From Kiritimatiella glycovorans (lineage in GTDB: Bacteria > Verrucomicrobiota > Kiritimatiellia > Kiritimatiellales > Kiritimatiellaceae): DNA of 32,000 nt. Position numbers and translations under genes: made by a program. Of the stretch, positions 7,440-15,305 are shown piece by piece. Each line of letters starts with the position of its first letter. The stretch's first letter is position 1. Location of the stretch: positions 2,340,001 through 2,372,000 of the forward strand of contig NZ_CP010904.1 of NCBI RefSeq assembly GCF_001017655.1, given 5' to 3'. A model generated the notes under the pieces. It did no database searches and was not told where the DNA came from. It saw only the letters and a list, made by a program, of their open reading frames with translations.

Positions 7440-10400
7440 TGGCTCTCCGTATTAGACCGGTCGGTGTGATGACGATTTTTTGGAGGTTGCTTGCGAATAA
7501 AGCTGAATCTGATTTTACCGTTATGGTTTCTTTATAGGGTATGTCGGCAGCTTTGCGTGCATCGTTATGTTTGCGGAATACATACTCTACGGTATTTGGA
7601 GTTTTTGACATTTTTTGAACAACAGCAGTTTCTCGCCCTCCGTTCCAGTCCAGTTGGACCGCTTCGCCGATGGATAGGGAGAATTTCAAGGGGTTGCCGT
7701 TCTGATCCTGCCGGACGATGACCGGTCGTTTTTCTTTTACCCGCTGCCGGGTGTCAAACAAGGAGATTACTTCGCATTTCCAAGTAGGGTTGCCTTTTTT
7801 GTCGATTACTTCAAAAATTTCCAAATGATGGTTGCCACCCAGTTTGACATGGCGGTTTTCTGCAATCTTAACCGGTTTTGCATCCTGATAAACCCGAACT
7901 TTATGAATGAAGCGCTTGTTGCCGTTTTTATCGATTATAAAGGGATGGTTGTTTCGGTCTTTGAATGCGGTTTTGGGCGGCTGGTCCAGATCTTTGAGCT
8001 TTTGCTCAATGAGTTTGCGGATTGAAGAATCGACGATCTCGGCTCTTTTAATCTCTTTGTCGGTCAGTTCGTGCAGCGGCTTTCTGAGTACGGTGCGGGT
8101 GTCGCCCGTTTTCCGGTCTTTAATGAGGCCGTAGAATGTTTCTTTGTGCAGCTGTCCGTTGGCTTTGCGGCATACTTTATGTGACACCGTAATTGAGTTG
8201 ATTGCCTGCTCAACATCCTGCCGGAACGTTTCCCAAGGCAAAGGCATGTCAGAAAAAGCGTATCGCCGATGTTCAGGGGCCCGCTGATTGGCATCGCTTA
8301 ACGCTTTGACCGTTTGCGGCGTGGTCAGCGCAACGACGACAGCATCTACCGCATGGTGCCGATGGTCATCACGGCTTTTGGTGCCGCCGTCTGACAGAAT
8401 TCGGTTTAAGTCCCATGCATCGCGCAGATATTTGGTTGTTCCACCTTTTGCAATCTGAATGTGTTTGCGCCACTCTGAGCCGTATAGTTTACCCAGATAT
8501 TCTCCAGCCAGCCGGGAGGCATAACGGGTGTCGTTGAGTTGAGATGTAGAGAATTCCTCAATAAAATCGGCTCTGGAATCGGTTTCGCGCGTATTGAAAC
8601 GATCCAGCTTGATTTCTTTGTAATCGCCAGTGAAGCGTTTGACCCGACAGACCATTTCTTCGTGTTCCGTCTCGGATGCCGATTCATACGGCGTTTTGTT
8701 TCCCTTCACATTGCGGTTATAGTTCACATCACAAAGCGTTTTGTTTGAAAACGAGTTATCAAACGACCTGCTGAACGGGATGATGTGCTCAATATCGAAT
8801 TGCGGGGCGTCGCCAAGCAACGTATTCATGCAGATGCGTTTGCCGGTATACGGACATTCCCAATTGCATTCTTCCGCTAGCAACACTTTTTCAATTTCGT
8901 GACGGCGGGGCGCAGGATTTCCGGTTTCTTCCAGAATTTTTTTTGCCGCCTCTTTGCGCTGGCGTTCACGTACGCGCATTCTGTCCCATGATTTCTCGCG
9001 GTTTTTAGCGGTTTGTTTCATGTCGCGGGCAAGTTCAATACGGATTTTGTCTGATTTCCCGTATTCCTTGATGATGGCGTTTACAACCCTGCGAAGTTCA
9101 GAAAGGGTTCGCTGGACAATCGGATTACGCAGATTTTCCAGTGGAGGCAGGGTGTCTGTACGCGGAAGATTCTTCTGATAATCCGGATAAGCCGCTTGAA
9201 CGGCTTCCATGAGGGCATGCCCCCGTTCCAGCAGAGGCAGCAGTTTTTCGAGTGCTTTTCGTGAAAACCCGCAATATCCGTCTTCAAGTTCAGTCTCGCT
9301 GAACATTTCAGCCGTTACACTGTCCAGACCCCATGTTTTTTTCATGCGTCGAATGAGGGCATCTGTGTCGCCGATGGTCAGACGGTCCTCAACAATTTGA
9401 TTTTTCTGTTCAGAAGAAAAATGATCCCAGGCCTCCCCGAACAGGTTGCCGAGAGCGGCTGCGGTATTATTCCCTTGAATGGTTTTTTCGCCGCCGCGTT
9501 CCAGGTTAAATTTGGTTCCTCTCAGATTCAGTACCTTGCGCAACGTTGTGAACTTCTGGTTGCCACGGCTGCGGAGCAGGGCAAGTGCCTGCTTTCGCTC
9601 TTCGTCTGTTAATAGGCGCTCGTCTCCGGTGGAAGAAACCACTCTCAAATGGTTGAGCGATTGAAGCAGGCGGAATTCCTGCGCCATAAGCAGCGCAAAG
9701 GGAGCACGTTTCCGACCGGGTTCCAGCTCGCATTGCCCGAGCAGATGCGCCTGCGATTTGAGCGGGCGCTGATAAAACAGGGCCTCTTTGACACGTTTGT
9801 AAAGGTCATCGGTCAACACATGAGGGTAGAAGCTTTGCTGTTTTTCCCAAATGAGGTCGAATTCGGAGGTATACCATTCCCTTAATGTGTAGTTGGTGCG
9901 GATTCTCTGCTCGTGCGGGTCAAGATGGCTTAGGTATTCGCCCCACGTCCGGGCTCCTTTTTGCTCCATATCTTCTGCAAAAGCCTTTGTCGCATCTTTC
10001 AGTTTGCCGCGGTCATCATCTTTCTTGAGTATTTTGCTGTTTGAAAGGAACCCCCTGCGATGAGCAAACTGATAAATGCATAGGCCGATCTCCTTAAGAT
10101 CTATTTGTTCATCCAGTGCTTTCGCACGAAGACGATAAGGATTTCTGGCAAGCAGCATTTTCCATTCGGCATCTTTATGATCGGGTTTGTTGGCCGGAAG
10201 CATTCCAGCCTCTTGAAGGATGCGGCGCACTTTAAGAATTCTGCGTTTGCGCCGGTCATGCAGGCGGCGACGTTGCCGGGCATTTCGTCGTTCTGTATTC
10301 AGCGGGGTGCCCCGGCCATACGCATCAATTTCCAGACCGGCTTCAAAGATGCGAACTCCTTGCGCGAGCAGCCCATCAGGTTTTCCCTTGTTTAATCGGA

Positions 10401-10464
10401 CGCATGCCCAGCCAATTGAATTGGTTCCGAGGTCCAGACCAAGAACATATGACGAATCACTCAT
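7432..10464 (-). CDS. cas9: Cas9, compact type II-C-like (1010 aa from the second ATG)
   Basis: RuvC-I LGLDLGTNSIGWA; Arg-rich bridge helix RRNARQRRRLHDRRKRRILKVRR; RuvC-II IRIELARD; HNH DIEHIIPFSRSFDNSFSNKTLCDVNYNRNVKGNKTP; RuvC-III HHAVDAVVVA. I chose the start at 10462..10464 (MSDSSYVLGLDLG) because AGGA lies 6 nt upstream. The 12 extra codons of the ORF track overlap the predicted promoters. Confidence 0.95.
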   Translation of the reverse strand: MSDSSYVLGLDLGTNSIGWACVRLNKGKPDGLLAQGVRIFEAGLEIDAYGRGTPLNTERRNARQRRRLHDRRKRRILKVRRILQEAGMLPANKPDHKDAEWKMLLARNPYRLRAKALDEQIDLKEIGLCIYQFAHRRGFLSNSKILKKDDDRGKLKDATKAFAEDMEQKGARTWGEYLSHLDPHEQRIRTNYTLREWYTSEFDLIWEKQQSFYPHVLTDDLYKRVKEALFYQRPLKSQAHLLGQCELEPGRKRAPFALLMAQEFRLLQSLNHLRVVSSTGDERLLTDEERKQALALLRSRGNQKFTTLRKVLNLRGTKFNLERGGEKTIQGNNTAAALGNLFGEAWDHFSSEQKNQIVEDRLTIGDTDALIRRMKKTWGLDSVTAEMFSETELEDGYCGFSRKALEKLLPLLERGHALMEAVQAAYPDYQKNLPRTDTLPPLENLRNPIVQRTLSELRRVVNAIIKEYGKSDKIRIELARDMKQTAKNREKSWDRMRVRERQRKEAAKKILEETGNPAPRRHEIEKVLLAEECNWECPYTGKRICMNTLLGDAPQFDIEHIIPFSRSFDNSFSNKTLCDVNYNRNVKGNKTPYESASETEHEEMVCRVKRFTGDYKEIKLDRFNTRETDSRADFIEEFSTSQLNDTRYASRLAGEYLGKLYGSEWRKHIQIAKGGTTKYLRDAWDLNRILSDGGTKSRDDHRHHAVDAVVVALTTPQTVKALSDANQRAPEHRRYAFSDMPLPWETFRQDVEQAINSITVSHKVCRKANGQLHKETFYGLIKDRKTGDTRTVLRKPLHELTDKEIKRAEIVDSSIRKLIEQKLKDLDQPPKTAFKDRNNHPFIIDKNGNKRFIHKVRVYQDAKPVKIAENRHVKLGGNHHLEIFEVIDKKGNPTWKCEVISLFDTRQRVKEKRPVIVRQDQNGNPLKFSLSIGEAVQLDWNGGRETAVVQKMSKTPNTVEYVFRKHNDARKAADIPYKETITVKSDSALFASNLQKIVITPTGLIRRAND

Positions 10465-10485
10465 GACATATCCTATATTTTCGAG

Positions 10486-10514
10486 TTGACCTCGTATCAT
10501 AGCAAAGATATACA
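10486..10514 (+). promoter_or_regulatory. Predicted tracrRNA promoter: TTGACC (-35, 10486..10491), 17-nt spacer, TATACA (-10, 10509..10514)
   Basis: The plus strand reads TTGACCtcgtatcatagcaaagaTATACA. This places a start about 7 nt downstream, at the first base of the anti-repeat (about 10521/10522). Confidence 0.45.
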
Positions 10515-10523
10515 GACTGTCAA
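10496..10523 (-). promoter_or_regulatory. Predicted cas9 promoter: TTGACA (-35, 10518..10523), 16-nt spacer, TATGAT (-10, 10496..10501)
   Basis: The minus strand reads TTGACAgtctgtatatctttgcTATGAT, about 30 nt upstream of the cas9 ATG. Based on hexamer match only. Confidence 0.45.
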
Positions 10524-10635
10524 CGTATCTGATCGGCTATTGATTTTGCTTAATTACAGCAAGGACTTTAGTCCGGAAGGTAAAGGCCTGCGGGCCTCCA
10601 TGACGCCCTCTTCATCGAAGGGGGCGTCTTATTTT
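10521..10635 (+). ncRNA. tracrRNA (predicted, about 115 nt)
   Basis: The anti-repeat is AACGTATCTGATCGGCTATTGATTTTGCTTAATTACAGC. Its first 15 nt are perfectly complementary to repeat nt 22-36 and its last 9 nt to repeat nt 1-9, with a bulged middle. It is followed by a nexus-like AAGGACTTTAGTCCGG, a GGCC-TGCG-GGCC hairpin, and a 12-bp terminator stem (10602..10613 / 10617..10628) plus TTATTTT. Confidence 0.8.
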
Positions 10636-11097
10636 CCGGCCGGCATCAATCGGTCCTTTGGGGATAAGCAGTCTTTTCGCTGTGCTGATTCACAGTTATT
10701 TTGGTTCTTTCGCCAACCTTCTGGGCACGGAGCTGTTTCAGGGTGGGGCGGCGGCCGACATGGTACACGTTGATTCGGATCCACCCTTTTGGTCGGCTCG
10801 TATCTCACGACCGTGCCGGCACGCCCCGATTCATCGCAGCCCCGGACGGGTACACAAGGGGAAGCGAGTGCTGAACTCACGGCAGCCGAATTAGCCCGAA
10901 TCACGCCTTGCGGGGGCAGACCGCCGCGAAACGGGCCCCCGGACTCGGACACAACTTACTGCTGCTGCGCCGTCAGATCACCCCACGTCCCCCGCGGCTC
11001 CGAACGGGTCGGATTATCGAAGAGATTTGTGGAGGGGGAGAGTACAGAGGAACCTCCGCAAAGGCGACAGGATGCCATCGCAGGCACGCGGGGCGCG

Positions 11098-11697
11098 TCA
11101 GGAGCAGGCCTTCAGATTCTTCTCGCCGGCCGCTTTCGCCCTTTTGTTCCGTTGCCTCGATTCCTGGTCGTCAGCGAAAAGCGCCTGAAGAGTCTCCGAT
11201 TCCGGAATCGCCAGAACCGATTTCAACTGCTCGTAGCTGCTGCCAAACTTAATCGCGAAATTGAAGAGCACCTCGCCGTAGAACTGATGGATCTTGTCCG
11301 TGATCTCGGTGTCGCCATCGACCTCCCTGGCCAGTTGAACGAGGTCCTCAAGCAACTCATGGGTGCGGAACACACACTGCTTGATTCGCGCCGCCGCGGG
11401 CAGCGTCGCGTCGTCCATCACAAGACTCACATTCATCTTCATCGCGGCGAGATACCCGATGATATCGCCCCACTTCAGCGACAGATCGTTCCCCGCCTCG
11501 ATCCTTGAGATCTTGCTCGAATCACAGCGCATCGCCTGTGCGATATCTTTCTGGGACAGCCCCTTCCGCACTCGCTCACGGACGAGCGCTGTTACAAGCG
11601 TGCGACGTGCGGTCTCCAGGTCGATCCGCTCCTTCGCTTCGGGGTCATCAGCCAGGAAGGCCGCCGCCTCAGACGCCGATTGGTACTTCGTGCTCAT
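11098..11697 (-). CDS. XRE-family HTH protein, HigA-like antitoxin with a ~100-aa C-terminal extension
   Basis: 199 aa with the HTH GLSQKDIAQAMRCDSSKISRIEAG. AAGAGGAAG lies upstream of the ATG. The gene starts 15 nt after the stop of the toxin-like ORF (toxin-first order, as in higBA). Confidence 0.8.
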   Translation of the reverse strand: MSTKYQSASEAAAFLADDPEAKERIDLETARRTLVTALVRERVRKGLSQKDIAQAMRCDSSKISRIEAGNDLSLKWGDIIGYLAAMKMNVSLVMDDATLPAAARIKQCVFRTHELLEDLVQLAREVDGDTEITDKIHQFYGEVLFNFAIKFGSSYEQLKSVLAIPESETLQALFADDQESRQRNKRAKAAGEKNLKACS

Positions 11698-11712
11698 TGT
11701 GCTTCCTCTTAA

Positions 11713-12003
11713 CTATTCAGAGGCCCTGATTCTCCCGATGGTCTTTTTTGCCTCGTTGATGTCGTTCTGTTGCGTTTCTTTGGTGCCAATCCTCAGGATG
11801 TAGACGATGCGGTTCTCCTCGTCCGGGTAGATATAGAGCCTGCTCTCTTTGGACGCCCGTACTCCCGTCTGGCCTATGCGATACAGTCCGTCTCCTTCGG
11901 AACGAAAGAACCCGAGTTCAAAGGCACCTATCCGACGCCCCGTGCCGAGCACCTGCAGCAGGACGTCGAGGTTCGTAAAGCATGCCGCGTATTCCGACGG
12001 GGA
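11713..12003 (-). pseudogene. Gp49/HigB-like (RelE/ParE superfamily) toxin gene remnant lacking its own start
   Basis: The frame reads ...DGLYRIGQTGVRASKESRLYIYPDEENRIVYILRIGTKETQQNDINEAKK. There is no in-frame ATG/GTG/TTG near the expected N-terminus. The frame is continuous with the IS256 transposase frame through the IS end at about 12004. Confidence 0.55.
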
Positions 12004-13551
12004 TGTCCCGAATCCTGTTGAAACTCGTTGGCGGTCTCGGTCTTCATTTCGATGTAGTTCCTTGTCATTCTCTTGTCCAGTCCCTGTTCGGCAGTTCGCT
12101 TCGCTCTCTGCCTGGGGGTGAGGCGTCGTGGAGTGGAGCCCGTTCCCGCCGGAGGCGGGATGGCCCGGAGGGCCAAGGGCGGAGCGGAGCGACGCCTCAA
12201 CAGCTTCCGATGGCCAGCCCAGGGATTTCAAAAGCACCGGGATCTGACGATAGCCTTTGATTCGACGGAACCCTTTCTCGGCCCTCAGAAGCGAATAGGC
12301 CAGCCAGCGTTCCGCCTGATCCGTCTCTGCGCGCCAACGCTTCACCCGCCCGATTTTTGCGCGTGTGTTTCGGAACGGGTTCTCGATGCAGTTTGTGTTC
12401 GTCAACGTGGTGTGTAGAGTGGACGGCGCATTCAGCTTGTGAACCGTAATGAGCTCCTCACCGGCCTCGTGCAGGGATTCCAGGGCCTTGTGGCTGTGCC
12501 GGCTCAGAAAGCGTTCCAGATCGGCGAGTGCTTCACGTCCGGCTTCTTCGCCTTCCACGGAGCGGAGACGCTTGAAAACGTCGCTCACGCTGCCGTGATG
12601 ACGCCTGGAGAGACAACGCTTAATATTTCGTTCCTTATGCACCAGGCATCGTTGAATGCGCGCTCGCGGAAAATGCTTCAAGACGCTGTTATGAAGTGCC
12701 CGAGAACCGTCGAGAACCGCCAACGGATCGCCCTCGAACTCAAGACCGCGGTGGACAAGCCGGTCGAGCCAGCGATTCTCATTATGGCTTCACCCTTTTC
12801 GGTCGGGGTGGCACCCGACCCTCCCAGTGCCCGAAAATGCGTCGGATATCGACTCGGGAGGGACGGCTGCCACGCCGTCCGCGGTCGGAATGCGGCCATA
12901 ATGAGAACGGCTGCGGTCGAGCAATGCGTCACACACTTCTGTCGATTCCTGTGCGCCTATTTCAAAATCCAGCATAACTTTGCGGCCGTCCAGCGTAATG
13001 CCCAGCCCCACAATGGCGCTGAGATCCTCGGACAGTACAATGCCGTCCAGCAGCATGCAGAAGAACCTCTCGGACTTCAGGTCGCGGTCACGGAGCTTCT
13101 GTATGCGCTGTCGGCCCTCGACAATCCAGGCGCGGGAAACCCTGCTGCGTCCGGGCGCTGAATCGGGATACAAGGTTTTCTGATCACGTGAACTGACTCC
13201 GGCAGCTGTGGCACGCAAGATACGGTCACGAAGGTCGTCGGCCCTGTTGACCGCGTCGTAACTTTTAAGCCTGACCTCCTTCGATGTGTCTGCCTCATGG
13301 CGACGTACACGCGGCTTGCGGATCTCCTCATCAATACCGTCAATTCGAAGTCCTACGCGGGTTCCGCCGGCACGTCGGCAGCCTCTGTCCCCTGCCGGCT
13401 TGTAGGCCGGACCACACAGTTCTGTGACCTCTTCAGCCAGAATATCGGCGATCAGGGTTCGCATTTCACCACGCAGCCAGTCACGGAAAACATCTCCTGC
13501 TGCAGACGGTTCAACTTGTCCAAGGGCTTCAAGGACGCTATTGTCACTCAT
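12004..13551 (-). pseudogene. IS256-family (mutator-type) transposase gene, interrupted by a 144-bp insertion carrying an in-frame TGA (12790..12792)
   Basis: N-terminal part 12790..13551 (MSDNSVLEALG..., with AAAGGAGA upstream). C-terminal part in the same frame with VLDGSRAL and QRCLVHKERN. The two ORF-track entries (12790..13593 and 11713..12723) are in one frame (13593-12723 = 870). No stop occurs before the left IR. Confidence 0.8.
12770..12913. mobile_element. 144-bp MITE-like element nested in the transposase gene. The 9-bp TSD CGGTCGAGC lies at 12761..12769 and 12914..12922.
   Basis: The 19-bp terminal inverted repeats are CAGCGATTCTCATTATGGC (12770..12788) and the reverse complement of 12895..12913, CAGCCGTTCTCATTATGGC (17/19). 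The interior is an imperfect palindrome. Removing the element plus one TSD copy restores ...CDALLDRLVHRGLEFEGDPLAVLDGS... Confidence 0.7.
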
Positions 13552-13949
13552 GGCGGTCTCCTTTCGGGTTGGTTTGCCCCGAGCGTCCAACATGGACGCT
13601 CAGGAGACCGCCTTCAAGTTTCAACAGTCAACGGGACACTTCCTGGAAGGAGCAATCGCGCCCTTAAAGGATATCCTGCCGGACCGTTCCAGCCACCAGG
13701 GTCCCGGTAGTTCCCTTTTTGCAATTCAAGAAATCGGGTACGATGGGACGCGAGCGGATTTCCGGTCCAGCCACTAAGATTCCAGTCGTTCCACCAAATA
13801 GGAGGGGCGCGATATCCCGCTATTTTCCCAAAGCAACCCCTGCCGATTTTTTACAAGAAAAAAGGCATCTCATACAAGACGGAGCGGATATTGCGAAACT
13901 ATCGTGGCATCATCTTCGGATACTAACTGTACACAGGAGAAGGCCAGCG

Positions 13950-15260
13950 ATGAATGATCGACCTTCAAGCGTTTCGCGGCGCGGATTTCTGCGCCGATCC
14001 ACCCTCGCCGCCGCCTCGACCGCCGCCGCACCCTACGTCATCCCGTCGTCCGCCCTGGGCCTGAACGGCATCGTTCCGCCAAGCGAGCGAATCGTGCTCG
14101 GCCTGATCGGGCTGGGCAAGATCTCCCGCGGCCACTTCGGCAGCATGTTGAACCATCCCGGCGTGCAGATCGCGGCCGTATGCGACGTCGACCGTACAAA
14201 GCGCGAGGACAAAAAAACCGCGGCGGAAAGCCGTTACGCGCAGAACCGGCCCTCAGGCACCTGGCGCGGCGTGGATGCGTACAACGAATACGAGCGGATC
14301 GTGGAGCGGGACGACATCGACGCCTGTTTCGTGATGACCCCCGATCACTGGCATGTACCCATCGCCATGGCCGCTGTGCGATCGGGCCAGGACGTGTACT
14401 GCGAGAAGCCGATGTCGCTGACCATCCGCGAAGGCCGCATGCTCTCCGACGCCGTGCGCCGCTACGGGCGCGTGCTGCAGGTCGGCAGTCAGCAACGGTC
14501 GAATACGGCCTTCCGCAGGGCGGCGGAGATCGTGCGCAACGGTTGGATCGGCAAAGTCCACACCATCTACGCGCGGCTGGGAACGTTCCCGCCCCCCCTC
14601 GCCCTGCCCGAACAACCCGTGCCCGAGGGATTCGACTACGACCGCTGGCTGGGCCGCGCCCCGTGGCACCCTTACCATCCCGAACGGGTCAGCGGCAGCT
14701 TCAGCCGTGGCTGGCGGCGGTTCTGGGACTACGGCAGCCGCAAGAACGGCGACTGGGGCGCGCATCATTACGACATCATTCAGTGGGCGCTGGGCATGCA
14801 GTACTCCGGACCCGAATTCTTCTTCCCGGTCGGGCATGAAGGCTCCGAGCACCAGGGATTCCGGTACGCCGACGGAACGACGGTGCTGCGCGATCATCCC
14901 GCCCCCTCCGGCCAGATGATCCACTTCATCGGCGAGGACGGCGTCGTGGCCGTCAGCCGCCGGGACGTCCTGATCACCGAACCGGCGCACCTGGCCACGC
15001 TCCCGCTGTCCCCCTCGGATGAACACCTGTACGTCTCCGATAACCACCGGGAGAATTTCCTCGAGTGCGTACGGAGCCGCCGCCATCCGATCGCCGACGT
15101 GGAGATCGGACACCGCACGGCGACGATCTGTCACCTGAGCGCGATCAGCGAGCGGCTCGGCCGCACGCTGAAGTGGGACCCGGACCGGGAGGCGATTCTC
15201 GGCAACCGCGAGGCCTCGCGATGGATGGCCCGTCCGCGGCGCGCGCCGTACACGCTCTGA
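13950..15260 (+). CDS. Gfo/Idh/MocA-family oxidoreductase with a twin-arginine signal peptide
   Basis: The start at MNDRPSSVSRRGFLRRSTLAAAS (Tat motif SRRGFLR) has AGGAGA 9 nt upstream. Rossmann motif LGLIGLGKISRGH. The ORF track extends upstream to 13719 without support. Confidence 0.85.
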   Translation: MNDRPSSVSRRGFLRRSTLAAASTAAAPYVIPSSALGLNGIVPPSERIVLGLIGLGKISRGHFGSMLNHPGVQIAAVCDVDRTKREDKKTAAESRYAQNRPSGTWRGVDAYNEYERIVERDDIDACFVMTPDHWHVPIAMAAVRSGQDVYCEKPMSLTIREGRMLSDAVRRYGRVLQVGSQQRSNTAFRRAAEIVRNGWIGKVHTIYARLGTFPPPLALPEQPVPEGFDYDRWLGRAPWHPYHPERVSGSFSRGWRRFWDYGSRKNGDWGAHHYDIIQWALGMQYSGPEFFFPVGHEGSEHQGFRYADGTTVLRDHPAPSGQMIHFIGEDGVVAVSRRDVLITEPAHLATLPLSPSDEHLYVSDNHRENFLECVRSRRHPIADVEIGHRTATICHLSAISERLGRTLKWDPDREAILGNREASRWMARPRRAPYTL

Positions 15261-15305
15261 ACTTCGAACTTCTGAGGATTTAATTATGAACCGGAGGACT
15301 CGACT

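Larger units (their letters stand above)
12004..13638 (-). mobile_element. IS256-family insertion sequence (approximate ends)
   Basis: Imperfect terminal inverted repeats: 12005..12040 GTCCCGAATCCTGTTGAAACTCGTTGGCGGTCTCGG versus the reverse complement of 13602..13637 GTCCCGTTGACTGTTGAAACTTGAAGGCGGTCTCCT (27/36). They enclose a mutator-type transposase gene. Confidence 0.7.

Noticed and set aside
10629-11508. ORFs 10629..10952 (minus), 10658..10894 and 10789..11508 (plus) as candidate small cas-adjacent or anti-CRISPR genes
   Set aside because: They are low-complexity Pro/Arg/Gly-rich sequences with no SD. They overlap the tracrRNA terminator or run antisense to the antitoxin gene.
11713-12723. 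A single 336-aa gene
   Set aside because: It is a chimera: the C-terminal half of the IS256 transposase, the IS end, and a toxin-gene remnant read in one open frame from a TTG.
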